Positions 1 to 9,233 of a stretch of 64,000 bases of DNA are shown here, piece by piece (the first letter of the stretch is position 1; the number at the start of each line of letters is the position of its first letter). Both the position numbers and the translations under genes were made by a program. The notes beneath the pieces were generated by a model. That model had not been told where the DNA came from. It was given only the letters and a program-made list of their open reading frames with translations, and did not search any database. Source of the stretch: a virus (Duplodnaviria > Caudoviricetes); the IMG/VR virus record IMGVR_UViG_3300046656_000199, positions 4-64,003 of that record; one strand, given 5' to 3'.

Positions 1-1
1 C

Positions 2-475
2 TCGGCCAAATCGCAACGGGAATCCGCCAAGCGCCAGAAGGTCACGGCCTTCTGCGAGGCGATGGCCAAGCCCAACGCTCGCGGCGAGGTTCACGTCCTG
101 CCGCGCGACCTGCTCGCCGACAACCCGGCCAACGTCATCGACCATCTCATGAGTCTTGACGACGGCGACGATCTGACCAAGGTCAGGAAGTTCAAGGAGG
201 GTGGCAAGGAGATCGCCGCGACCCAACTCGACATCGCAATGCGGCGCATCAGCGGTGGCCAGCCGTTCAAAATCGGCGAGAAGTTCCGCGACCCGAAGAC
301 GGGTGCGACCGTGGCGGACGATGAGGCCGAGCGCGTTCGCAGTCATGCCGAGGCCAACCGCGACGCCTACGCCAAGGCCGGCAAGACTCCCGAGCAGGTC
401 GTTGAGAAGTTCTCCGAACTGCGCAAGAAGCATCCGAGCCTGACGGCTGCTCAGTACGGCGTGCCCGCTGCCTGA
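2..475 (+). CDS. C-terminal (scaffold) part of the Mu-like protease/scaffold polyprotein starting at 60440
   Basis: Frame open from base 2 (SAKSQRESAKRQKVTAFCEAMAK...); in frame with 60440-64000 if the terminal CTCG is an overlap; helical charged sequence with AFCE and KFSE motifs; directly upstream of head genes. Confidence 0.8.
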   Translation, partial: SAKSQRESAKRQKVTAFCEAMAKPNARGEVHVLPRDLLADNPANVIDHLMSLDDGDDLTKVRKFKEGGKEIAATQLDIAMRRISGGQPFKIGEKFRDPKTGATVADDEAERVRSHAEANRDAYAKAGKTPEQVVEKFSELRKKHPSLTAAQYGVPAA

Positions 476-543
476 GCCGCAGAACCAAGCAACCACGATG
501 TTACGACCCGTAACCCGCCCCTGAACCATCTGGAGAAATAGCC

Positions 544-1347
544 GTGGCCAACGCAACCGCACGGGTCGCACGAGCAAGCGTTTCCGTCGTCAACGAGAAC
601 ACGACTCACTCCTACGGGACGCTGTCCTCGCCGCTTCAGCTCTACGCCGGCGCCATGGTCGGGTTGAACGCGGGCTATCTCGCCAAGTTCGACGACACGG
701 CGTCGCTGAAGTTCTTCGGGATCATTCTCGAAAAGGATGGCAACCCGAAACTTCCGAACAACGGGGCCGCGAGCGGCACGGCGGGGGACGGCACGCTCGA
801 TCTGGACGTGAAGCAACCGAAGCTCATCGAACTGGCCGTTGCCAGCATCGCCATCACGGACATCGGCCGGCGCGTCTATGCCGTGGACGACCAGACCGGC
901 ACGCTCGACCCAAGTGCCACGACCTACGCCAACCTGATCGGTGTCGTTGCCGATTTGGTGTATGCCGCGAGTGCCGCCTCGCCCGTGGCCGGCTACTGTC
1001 GGGTGCGTCCGATCTACGACGCGCCCAACGGCGACCAGATTCAGGTTGCGGCCAACTCCGGCGCGGTGCTCATCAAGGCCAGCACGGTCTTCATCACGAA
1101 GTCCAGCGCCGCCGCCCTGACCATTGCCGACCCGACCACCGGCGTTCACGACGGCATGACGATGTCGTTCATCTCGACCACGGCCCAGACGCACAGCCTG
1201 TCGAACGCGGCGGGGAGCGGCTTCAACAATGGCGGCGCCGGCACGGACGTCGGCACGTTCGGCGGGGCCATCGGCGACAACATCACCATCCGCGCCTACG
1301 GCGGCAAGTGGCTGGTAGATCGCAAGACCAACGTCACGCTTGGCTAA
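544..1347 (+). CDS. Capsid cement/decoration protein
   Basis: GGAG RBS + GTG; N-terminal YAGAMVGL...FFGI...DIGRRVYAVDDQT...IG pattern of cement proteins found between scaffold and capsid; G/T/S-rich C-terminal domain. Confidence 0.65.
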   Translation: MANATARVARASVSVVNENTTHSYGTLSSPLQLYAGAMVGLNAGYLAKFDDTASLKFFGIILEKDGNPKLPNNGAASGTAGDGTLDLDVKQPKLIELAVASIAITDIGRRVYAVDDQTGTLDPSATTYANLIGVVADLVYAASAASPVAGYCRVRPIYDAPNGDQIQVAANSGAVLIKASTVFITKSSAAALTIADPTTGVHDGMTMSFISTTAQTHSLSNAAGSGFNNGGAGTDVGTFGGAIGDNITIRAYGGKWLVDRKTNVTLG

Positions 1348-1385
1348 TCGGTGAATGCAGCGAACGAGCAACCAGAGGCACCGTG

Positions 1386-1880
1386 ATGTTCCGCATCAAG
1401 AGACTGAAGAGGCCGCCGCAGGAACGCATGCCGGACGGCACCCTGTCGCCGCAGATGCCGGCCGCCGTCGCCTACGCCGCCAGTGCCGCCCCGGAGGGCA
1501 ACGTCACCGGCTGGACGAAGGACGTTGCCAAAGCCGGCGCCTTCACCGCGGAGATGATGGCGGACATCCGGGCGCATTACGCGAACCGCGCCAACACCGG
1601 CACGCTGGAGATTGAAGGCGTTGACGCCTCCGTCGCGGTTCCACCGACCGGGCACGAAGCCGAGATGAGCAAGGCGAAGGCGGCAATGGCCTCGGCGTCC
1701 GCGCGGATCGGCGAGCTGGAAACCCTGCTGGCGACCCGTGCCAACGCCGAGGAGCAACTGGCCGCCTCTGTGCGGCGCAACGGCGAACTGGCCGCCCGCG
1801 TCGCCGAACTGGAACAGCGCCTCGCCCCGACGGAAGAGCCGAAGGACGCCCCGGCGCCTGCGCCCGCCAAGAAGAAGTGA
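1386..1880 (+). CDS. Hypothetical protein with C-terminal coiled coil
   Basis: GAGG RBS, fits between head genes. Confidence 0.6.
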   Translation: MFRIKRLKRPPQERMPDGTLSPQMPAAVAYAASAAPEGNVTGWTKDVAKAGAFTAEMMADIRAHYANRANTGTLEIEGVDASVAVPPTGHEAEMSKAKAAMASASARIGELETLLATRANAEEQLAASVRRNGELAARVAELEQRLAPTEEPKDAPAPAPAKKK

Positions 1881-1933
1881 ACGCGACCTCAAGGCCCACC
1901 AAGGCCCGAGACGCCTAACACCGGAGAGAGACA

Positions 1934-2902
1934 ATGGGCATTGACGTCAGTGCATTCACGCCGATGGCGAAGCAGGAGTTCCAGAACCAGCTCCTCGAAG
2001 CCTACGCCCGGCCGATCCCGGCGGACATCGACGAACTGGTAGACGAGTATCCCTCGACGTCCGCCGTCGAAACCTACCCGTACATGACGAACATTCCTCG
2101 TCTGCGGGTGTTCCGGCGAGACTCGCCCGCCGTGCAGTTGGCGGCTGACAAGTGGCAGGTGGCCAACGTCACCTATCGCGCTGGTCCCATCGTCGTGCAA
2201 AAGGAAACACTCGACGACGATCAGGTCGGCGGCCACCTGAAGGCCATCGCCGCGCTGCCCAAGGGTGCGCAAAAGGACATCAAGTACAAGGTGCTGGCGA
2301 CGCTGGCCGGTGGATCTTCGACCACCTGCTTTGACGGCACGTCGATGTTCGCCTCGTCGCACACGGTCGGCACGGGCAACAACCTGATGACCGACAACAA
2401 CGCCAGCAACGACGGCGTCACGCACAAGATCATTGCCGTCATCACCGAAGGACCGGCCAAGCCCGTCCTCTTTCAGAACCGCGAACCGCTGAAGAACTTG
2501 CAGGACAATATCAGCCCGCAGGCGATGGAGCAGCGCGAGTATCGCTACTGGGCCGATACTCGCTTCGGTGTGACCTGCGCGGCCTGGTTCACGGCGGTCC
2601 TCGACACGATCACCGACACGCCGACGCTGCCGGAACTGACCACGATCATCCTGGGCATGTTCAACCGGCTGCGGACGTTCTACTTGCCCAAAGGCAACGA
2701 CGTCGACGACCCGATCTACTTCCACGAGGGGTGGACGCCGGCGAGCAACAACTGCACGCTCCTGTGCAACCTGCAACTGGCGACCCTGCTGGAAACGATC
2801 CGCGATTCGGCCCTGATCGCCAGTGGCACCGGCGGCGGGGTAATTACTAATTATCTTCAAAATAAATTTAAGGTTTTGCCGACCAGTGCCCTGGGCGCGT
2901 AA
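1934..2902 (+). CDS. Mu-like major capsid protein (gpT family)
   Basis: STSAVETY, PRLRVF, TLDDDQVG, CFDGTSMFASSH, KPVLFQNRE, YRYWADTRFG motifs typical of Mu gpT-like capsids; RBS GGAGAG. Confidence 0.85.
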   Translation: MGIDVSAFTPMAKQEFQNQLLEAYARPIPADIDELVDEYPSTSAVETYPYMTNIPRLRVFRRDSPAVQLAADKWQVANVTYRAGPIVVQKETLDDDQVGGHLKAIAALPKGAQKDIKYKVLATLAGGSSTTCFDGTSMFASSHTVGTGNNLMTDNNASNDGVTHKIIAVITEGPAKPVLFQNREPLKNLQDNISPQAMEQREYRYWADTRFGVTCAAWFTAVLDTITDTPTLPELTTIILGMFNRLRTFYLPKGNDVDDPIYFHEGWTPASNNCTLLCNLQLATLLETIRDSALIASGTGGGVITNYLQNKFKVLPTSALGA

Positions 2903-2920
2903 GTCGGAAAGAAGGGCATC

Positions 2921-3097
2921 ATGGTAGAAGTCAACCCGGAGATCGGCAATCGGTTCGAGCCTGTGGCCGACGTGGACGCGATCCTGAACGGTGGCCAGCC
3001 TGGCGCGACGGTGACAGCGCTGCTCATGGCGATCCTTCTGGAACTTCGCCTACTGCGGGCGGCTGGCTGTGAACCCGATCAAGGCACGGGAGTGTAG
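2921..3097 (+). CDS. Small hypothetical protein (58 aa, not in ORF track)
   Basis: ATG after AAGGG; stop abuts next ATG (TAGATG). Confidence 0.5.
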   Translation: MVEVNPEIGNRFEPVADVDAILNGGQPGATVTALLMAILLELRLLRAAGCEPDQGTGV

Positions 3098-3313
3098 ATG
3101 GAAGAGACACTGAAGATAACCCTGACGCAACGAGCGGATGGCAAGGTCGGCATCGCCATCGAGGGGCCGCAGTCCGACACCATGACGGCTCTGCTCGGCC
3201 TGCTGGAGTTCGCCAAGCACAGCATCATGAGTCGGGGCCAGCCGAGGCAGGAGCCAGCCTCGCCCATCACGCTCGCCACGATGGTTCCGGGCATGCCCAA
3301 TGGTCGGAGGTAG
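3098..3313 (+). CDS. Hypothetical protein
   Basis: Tightly packed in operon. Confidence 0.55.
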   Translation: MEETLKITLTQRADGKVGIAIEGPQSDTMTALLGLLEFAKHSIMSRGQPRQEPASPITLATMVPGMPNGRR

Positions 3314-3316
3314 GAC

Positions 3317-3724
3317 GTGTTTGAACCAAACATCAAAAACCTGACCATCGCCGACGGCCAACTGGCCGCGACCGCCACGCAGATTGTGGCCGGACCGGGC
3401 AACCACGCCCGTCAGATCAACGTCGTGCTGAGCAACACTGGCACGCAGGACGAAACCATTGTGCTGACCTACAGCCGCAATGGTGGCACGCAGCGGCGTG
3501 TCTGGCGCTGTGTGCTGTCGGCCAACTGGCAGGCCCGCGTTTGCGGTCTGCCCATCAACGTCGCCGACGTGCTCTATGGGTCGGCCAGCGATGCCAGTGT
3601 CGTGGATTATCTCGTCTCGATCAGCGGCCCCAACGCCCCGTTGACGATGGCGATTTACGACGACAACGGTTACGAGGTAGCGACGCCGCAGATTCTCGAC
3701 CAGCTTGTCGCGGCAACGGGCTGA
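3317..3724 (+). CDS. Putative virion structural protein
   Basis: GGAGG RBS, beta-rich sequence, located in head/neck cluster. Confidence 0.55.
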   Translation: MFEPNIKNLTIADGQLAATATQIVAGPGNHARQINVVLSNTGTQDETIVLTYSRNGGTQRRVWRCVLSANWQARVCGLPINVADVLYGSASDASVVDYLVSISGPNAPLTMAIYDDNGYEVATPQILDQLVAATG

Positions 3725-3747
3725 TAGACAGAAATGAGGATACGACA

Positions 3748-4407
3748 ATGGGCCTGAATCTGACGCTCAACTGCAACGTCCGCACGACCACGCCGGAAAG
3801 TTACAACTCCGGGCAGTTTCAAGTCGACCAGAATCCGCGCGGCGACTTGCTGGTAGCGCCCTCGCTGCTGCCGAAGACCGAACTGACGCGGCTGGGGAAT
3901 TCGTGGTACTGCGTCATCGCCACCGGCAGCGCGTTCAATCTCGTGGCCGGCTACCCAGGATCGACCGGCACCCGTGCTGAACTGGCCTTTTACAACGGCT
4001 ACACCGACACGACCTGCATGGTCATCGACCAGATCTGGTTTCAGAACATCGTCACGCAGGGCGCCATCAGCGGCTACACGCTGCTCTATCAGGTGCTCTC
4101 GGTTGCTGCTCTGGCCAACGACACGGCCCAACTCATCAGCAGTCCGCTCGGCAAGGCTTACGGTGGCAGCGTGACCCGTGCCGTCGCCGTGACGACGATG
4201 GTTACGAACAAGTGGGGCGTGGCCGGCACCGGCTCCAGCAATGGTGCGTCCGTTTCCATCGGGGCCAGCGTGGTCGCCGAAATGGGCGGCAACGTCATCG
4301 TCAAGCCGGGTTTCACGATCGGCCTCAACGTGATGGCGGGCACGGTCGACACCGCTGGCGGACTGATGGGCATGTCGTGGCACGAGGTTAAGCTACCTCT
4401 CGTATGA
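3748..4407 (+). CDS. Putative virion protein, paralog A
   Basis: GAGGA RBS; colinear with 4463-5110 (MGLNLTL...QVDQNPRGDL...LLPKTELTRL...SWHEVKLP). Confidence 0.75.
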   Translation: MGLNLTLNCNVRTTTPESYNSGQFQVDQNPRGDLLVAPSLLPKTELTRLGNSWYCVIATGSAFNLVAGYPGSTGTRAELAFYNGYTDTTCMVIDQIWFQNIVTQGAISGYTLLYQVLSVAALANDTAQLISSPLGKAYGGSVTRAVAVTTMVTNKWGVAGTGSSNGASVSIGASVVAEMGGNVIVKPGFTIGLNVMAGTVDTAGGLMGMSWHEVKLPLV

Positions 4408-4462
4408 TTGATGCCGCTGATCTGAGAACAACCCGACGACGGTCAAGAAAGAGGATACTTCG

Positions 4463-5110
4463 ATGGGCCTGAACCTGACTCTGTACGCCAATGTCCGCCA
4501 GACCGCGCCGGAAACGTACTCCTCCGGACAGTCGCAGGTGGACCAGAACCCCCGCGGTGATCTGTGCATCTCGCCAGCCCTGCTCCCCAAGACGGAGCTA
4601 ACCCGTCTGGCGAACACATGGTACACAATGATCCCCACCGGTAGCGCGTTCACGAACGTCGCCGGTATGCCGACGACTCGCGCCGAACTGGCGATCTACA
4701 ACGGTTACGTCGACACGACATGCCTGGTCATTGACCAGATCTGGTTCACGTCGCTGACCTCGATCACCGCTGCGGCCAACATCACGATTATCTATCAGGT
4801 GGCGCAGGTCACAGCGCTGACCGATGCCACCACCATCCTCATCAGCAGTCCGCTCGGCAAGGTCTATTCTGGCTCCGTGACGCGGGCCGTGGCCGTCACC
4901 ACGATGACCGCGAACAAATGGGCACTGGTCGGTGCCGGCACGAGCGGTGGCGCCTCGGCGTCCATCGGTTCGGGTGCCGTGGCCGAGATGGGCGGCGGCG
5001 TCATCGTCAAGGCTGGATTTACGCTCGGCGTGAATGCGGTTGTGGGCACGGCTGCCGGTACGAGTCTCATGGGTATCTCGTGGCACGAGGTCAAACTTCC
5101 GGCGGCCTGA
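4463..5110 (+). CDS. Putative virion protein, paralog B
   Basis: GAGGA RBS; tandem paralog of 3748-4407. Confidence 0.75.
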   Translation: MGLNLTLYANVRQTAPETYSSGQSQVDQNPRGDLCISPALLPKTELTRLANTWYTMIPTGSAFTNVAGMPTTRAELAIYNGYVDTTCLVIDQIWFTSLTSITAAANITIIYQVAQVTALTDATTILISSPLGKVYSGSVTRAVAVTTMTANKWALVGAGTSGGASASIGSGAVAEMGGGVIVKAGFTLGVNAVVGTAAGTSLMGISWHEVKLPAA

Positions 5111-5196
5111 TTGCCGCAGCAACTTATTCCCACGAGCCGGCCGTCGGCCCTGTCCGGCAGTCGGCTCGTGTCAGTTCCAACGCAGCGAGGCGCAAC

Positions 5197-6114
5197 GTGG
5201 AAGCGATCACCAGCCGCAAATCGTCCCGTCATCTGCTGGCCGCCCGGCAGCGCCACCTCGAAGCCCTGCACCAGCGCGTCCGGGCCGTCGTCACCGAAAA
5301 CTATCCCGGCTTTCGCGGTCGCGGCGACGGCTGTCGACTGGAGATCCGCCGTGGCGACCGGATCGAGAAGCGTCTGCGCTGCGGCCCCAACGAGGTTCAC
5401 GCCGCCATCTTCCGCAATGATGGCTCGTGGGAAGACCTGGGCGTCAATCACAACCTGCTGACGAACATCGGCCGCGACTGGTGGAGTTCGCAGTGGGGTT
5501 TCATCCCCACTGGCATCACGACGGCCAGCCCGTCCACGGCCGTATCCTCGTCGTCCATCACGACGACCGCTACGCCGCTGACCGCCTCCAACCTGGCCTC
5601 GCCGCAACTCGGCGTTGCCGGTCTGCGCGTCTACGCCGCCCCGCACACGACCACCAATCCCGTCACCTACGGGAACATCGTCAGCAACACCACGAGCGTC
5701 ATCACCATCGACAAGTGGTGGACTGCGGCCGATGGCACGGGCACGACGCCGACCTCCGGCGACGGCTTCATCATCGCCCCCGGTGGTATGGCCGCGCTGC
5801 GATTTGTGGCGCTGAGCACGAACGCCAGCGCTGCCAGTGCGTCCGATCTGACACTCGCCAACGAGGTGACGAGCAACGGCGGCGCCCGCGTGCTGGCTCT
5901 CTATGCTCACACGTTCGGGACATCGTCGCTGACGCTCTCGAACACGTTCAGCATCGCGGGCACCATCACGGCCATCCACAAGGCCGGTCTGTTCGCCGCT
6001 CTCACCAGTGGCGGCGCCGATCTGATGGGATACGAGACAGTTTTGAATGCCGACGCCACGGTCGTGAGCGGCGACAGTCTTGCACTCACGTGGACGGTGA
6101 ATCCGTCAGGCTGA
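5197..6114 (+). CDS. Putative tail/collar-type structural protein
   Basis: GAGG + GTG start chosen (uncertain); NLLTNIG...FVALST...LANEV...AGLF...GDSLALTWTV pattern seen in phage fibre/collar proteins. Confidence 0.55.
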   Translation: MEAITSRKSSRHLLAARQRHLEALHQRVRAVVTENYPGFRGRGDGCRLEIRRGDRIEKRLRCGPNEVHAAIFRNDGSWEDLGVNHNLLTNIGRDWWSSQWGFIPTGITTASPSTAVSSSSITTTATPLTASNLASPQLGVAGLRVYAAPHTTTNPVTYGNIVSNTTSVITIDKWWTAADGTGTTPTSGDGFIIAPGGMAALRFVALSTNASAASASDLTLANEVTSNGGARVLALYAHTFGTSSLTLSNTFSIAGTITAIHKAGLFAALTSGGADLMGYETVLNADATVVSGDSLALTWTVNPSG

Positions 6115-6158
6115 CCCCATTGTCTACACGTTGCTTCATCGTCTGAGAGGACTCGATC

Positions 6159-6596
6159 ATGTACGCCTTTCGCTGCCGGCACTGCGGCCATTTGCACGAG
6201 GCCGAACACGCTGGCGAGAGTTCGCATCCGCACGCCTGCCGCGTCTGCGGTCACGGCATCGCCGCCGCCATCGGCATGGACGACACGCTGCGCCACCCGC
6301 ACGCTCAGGCCCACGCCAAGGCACTGGCCGGCATTCCGCGCGAGACGCTGGAGAAGCATCCCTCCAAGGGCGGGCGCACCTTCAACCTACCGCACGGTCT
6401 GAAGAAGGTGCTGATCTTCGAGAATTGGGAAGTCCTCGCCGACGCCACGGATGAACGTCTCGCCGAGCTGGGCCTGACGCGGGCTGAGGTGTGCCGGCAC
6501 GAACCGAAGACCAGCGAGCCGGGCCGCGATCCCCAGGTAGTCACCGTCAGCGCCACCGACGGCGTCCACACCACCGATTCCGCCAGTGCGGGGTAA
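6159..6596 (+). CDS. Zinc-ribbon hypothetical protein
   Basis: CRHC...CRVC; GAGGA RBS. Confidence 0.65.
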   Translation: MYAFRCRHCGHLHEAEHAGESSHPHACRVCGHGIAAAIGMDDTLRHPHAQAHAKALAGIPRETLEKHPSKGGRTFNLPHGLKKVLIFENWEVLADATDERLAELGLTRAEVCRHEPKTSEPGRDPQVVTVSATDGVHTTDSASAG

Positions 6597-6602
6597 GGCA
6601 TC

Positions 6603-6797
6603 ATGACGGAAGAGCGTATGGCCGAAATCAGACACGCTGTCGAGCAGAACGGCAAGGACTGTCAGTTTGGTGACGGGTATTGGGAGGCCGCCGGCGCCCA
6701 GATCGCCAAAGAACTGCTCGCGCACATCGACGAGTTGGAATCGCAACTCGATGCCATCGACCAGCAAGGCATCGAAGGAAACACGGCTGACTATTGA
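6603..6797 (+). CDS. Small hypothetical protein
   Basis: Stop overlaps TTG start of next gene. Confidence 0.5.
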   Translation: MTEERMAEIRHAVEQNGKDCQFGDGYWEAAGAQIAKELLAHIDELESQLDAIDQQGIEGNTADY

Positions 6798-8098
6798 GGT
6801 CGCATCCCCGGAGAGGGCCGCACTTGCGCATCTTCCACTACGCCCCGCTGCATTTCGAGCCGTGGGACTTCCGCACGCCGGACACGACCGGTATCGGTGG
6901 CTCGGAGACGGCCGTCGGCGAGACGGCGCGCCGTCTCGCCGAGCGCGGTCACGAGGTGACGGTGTACGCGCCGCTCGCCGACGGCTGCCCTGAGTTCGAC
7001 GGCAAGGCCCGCTGGCGGCACGTTCGCGACGCCGATTTCACGCAGCCCGGTCTGTGGATTTTGCATCGCTGCCCGTCGGCGTTAGATGAGTTCGCGGAAG
7101 AGCATCTGGGACAGACGACCTGGCTTGTGTGTCAGGACGTGTTTTACCCGCCACAACTGAGCGACGGCCTGACGCCCGAACGGTCGGCGAAACTGGATAG
7201 ATGCTTGCCGCTCTGCACGGCTCATGAGAAGTGGCTGCTAGAGAAGTCGCCGGAACTGAAGGGCAAGCTATTTCTGTCGAGCAACGGTATTCGCGGCGAC
7301 CTGATCCTCGATATCTGCGGCTATTCGTGCCCAAGCTGTCGCGATGGTGCCGCCATTTCTGAAAGCGGCTGCTTGGACTGCGGTCGGCCTGACTCGATCA
7401 GGGTCATGATGGCCGATGGCAACGGAGGCTGCTATCCGAGAATCACCCGGCGAGAGGGCATCGTCCGCGATCCCTACAAGCTCGTCTTCACGTCCTCGCC
7501 CGACCGCGGCCTTGTGCCACTCCTGAAAATCTTCAAGCGTGCCCGCGAGTGGGAGCCGCGACTGACGCTGTCGGCCGCCTACGGCTTCAACAACATTGAC
7601 CGCTGCGAGGGCAAGCACTGGAAGCAGGTCCGGGCCGAGTGCGAGAAGTGGATGGACCAGCCCGGCGTGACGTGGCTGGGCCGGATGCCGCAGGAGCAAC
7701 TCTACCGCGAGTTCCTGTCCGCCGGCCTGTGGGTCTACCCGACCACGTTCACGGAGACGAGTTGCATTTCCTGCATGGAGGCGCAGGCACTCGGCGCTAT
7801 CCCGATTACCGTGCCGCTGTGGGCGCTGGCCGACAATGTCCGCCACGGTGTATTTCTCCAGGGAGATCCGGTCAACGACCCGTTGTGTCGTGCCCGCTAT
7901 GTCGGCGAGATCCTGCGCCTGACACGCGACGTGTCGCTGCAAGAGAGCATCCGGTCGGAGATGATGCCCTACGCCCGGCAGCGCTTCGATTGGGAGCGGG
8001 TGGTGGATCAATGGGAGGGCTGGGCGCAGGAAGACGATGAGCGGGACAGGGGGGCAACGCGGTCGCTGTGCGAAATGGAGCCGGCATGTTGCTCATGA
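6794..8098 (+). CDS. Glycosyltransferase, GT-B fold (GT4-like), with inserted Cys4 segment
   Basis: GIGGSETA, RGHEVTVY, SNGI, FTSSPDRGL, YPTTFTETSCISCMEAQALG (E-x7-E motif); CPSC...CLDC insertion. Confidence 0.85.
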   Translation: MRSHPRRGPHLRIFHYAPLHFEPWDFRTPDTTGIGGSETAVGETARRLAERGHEVTVYAPLADGCPEFDGKARWRHVRDADFTQPGLWILHRCPSALDEFAEEHLGQTTWLVCQDVFYPPQLSDGLTPERSAKLDRCLPLCTAHEKWLLEKSPELKGKLFLSSNGIRGDLILDICGYSCPSCRDGAAISESGCLDCGRPDSIRVMMADGNGGCYPRITRREGIVRDPYKLVFTSSPDRGLVPLLKIFKRAREWEPRLTLSAAYGFNNIDRCEGKHWKQVRAECEKWMDQPGVTWLGRMPQEQLYREFLSAGLWVYPTTFTETSCISCMEAQALGAIPITVPLWALADNVRHGVFLQGDPVNDPLCRARYVGEILRLTRDVSLQESIRSEMMPYARQRFDWERVVDQWEGWAQEDDERDRGATRSLCEMEPACCS

Positions 8099-8769
8099 AC
8101 AAATGCGTCGGCACCATCGCGTACCTGGGCGGCATCCCCGCGCTCCTTGAGGAGTTCGTGCATTCGTGGACGCAACTCATTGCCTGGAACCACGAGTACC
8201 TGTGCGGATCCGGTGAGTACGTTCATTACGACCGGGCCAAGGTGTCGGTTCATGACGTGGCGCGCAACATCCTCGCCGAGTCGATGCGGGGCGACTGGTT
8301 GCTCCAGCTCGACACCGATCACGCCTTCGAGCCGGACATCGCCGCCCGCCTACTGAGGATTGCCGACCAGACGGGCGCCGATGTGGTGACGGGGCTGTAC
8401 CTCCAGCGCTTCGCTCCGTTCGCACCCGTGGCCTACCGGCAGACCGAGGTGGGCCTGTCCCAGATCGGTAATTGGGACCGCACGCTACCCGCCATTGAAG
8501 TGGACTCGGCCGGCGGCGGCTGTCTGCTCGTCAAGAGGGCGGTCTTCGAGCGCCTCCGCGACGAGACGGGCGAGCAGCCCTTCGAGCGCATCAAGGGGCT
8601 GGGTGAGGATCACTCCTTCTTTCTGCGCTGCAAGAAGCTGGGCATCCGCACGGTGTGCGCTACGCAGGTTGAGTGCCACCATCTGCATGTCAAGGCGCTG
8701 ACGGTGGACGATTACGACCCGGCGTCCATGTCCCTCGAAGAGCCGGTCGCCGCGGCCGGATACAGGTAA
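8086..8769 (+). CDS. Glycosyltransferase, GT-A fold (GT2-like)
   Basis: ARN, WLLQLDTDH (DxD), SAGGGCLLVKRAVFE, GEDHSFF, C-terminal His. Confidence 0.8.
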   Translation: MLLMNKCVGTIAYLGGIPALLEEFVHSWTQLIAWNHEYLCGSGEYVHYDRAKVSVHDVARNILAESMRGDWLLQLDTDHAFEPDIAARLLRIADQTGADVVTGLYLQRFAPFAPVAYRQTEVGLSQIGNWDRTLPAIEVDSAGGGCLLVKRAVFERLRDETGEQPFERIKGLGEDHSFFLRCKKLGIRTVCATQVECHHLHVKALTVDDYDPASMSLEEPVAAAGYR

Positions 8770-8781
8770 GAGAGGTGCCTT

Positions 8782-9165
8782 ATCGCCGTCGCAACTCCCG
8801 TAATCACCTGGCTGGCCACCATCCAGGCCGGCGTCGGCATCGGCCAGAGCAGTTCGTTCACGTTCACCATCCATCTGACGCAGGCGTGGCAATTGGTCTG
8901 CCCCATTCAGGTCCGATTCCCCACCAACGTCTCGGCCGGGCCGCAGATCAGTGTCTATCGTTCGCTCGACGGTGGCCTGACCTTCGACACGGTGGCGATT
9001 CAGCCGCTCGGAATTAACCGGCAGAGTGGCGGCGTGGCCACCATCTCGCTGAAGCTGGAAACGGGCCAGTACGCCGTGCAAGTCCTAAGCGGCGGCGGCT
9101 CGTCGGCGACGTGGACCATTGCGGTTTTAACGCAGCAGACGCTTACCAGCATCTCGAATATTTGA
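8782..9165 (+). CDS. Small beta-rich structural protein (possible ATC start)
   Basis: Frame open from the TAA at 8769; GAGG lies 7 nt before ATC GCC GTC; YRSLDGGLTF Asp-box; track start at TTG 8893 looks truncated. Confidence 0.55.
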   Translation: MAVATPVITWLATIQAGVGIGQSSSFTFTIHLTQAWQLVCPIQVRFPTNVSAGPQISVYRSLDGGLTFDTVAIQPLGINRQSGGVATISLKLETGQYAVQVLSGGGSSATWTIAVLTQQTLTSISNI

Positions 9166-9233
9166 ACGCTTAATTTGACTAGCGGCTAGTAATCGGTAAA
9201 ATGTCGTAATCCTGCCGTAAAAGGAGAACGACA

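Noticed and set aside
3748-5110. Paralog pair as a DGR template/variable repeat
   Set aside because: Differences are spread over all bases and both copies are full genes; no reverse transcriptase
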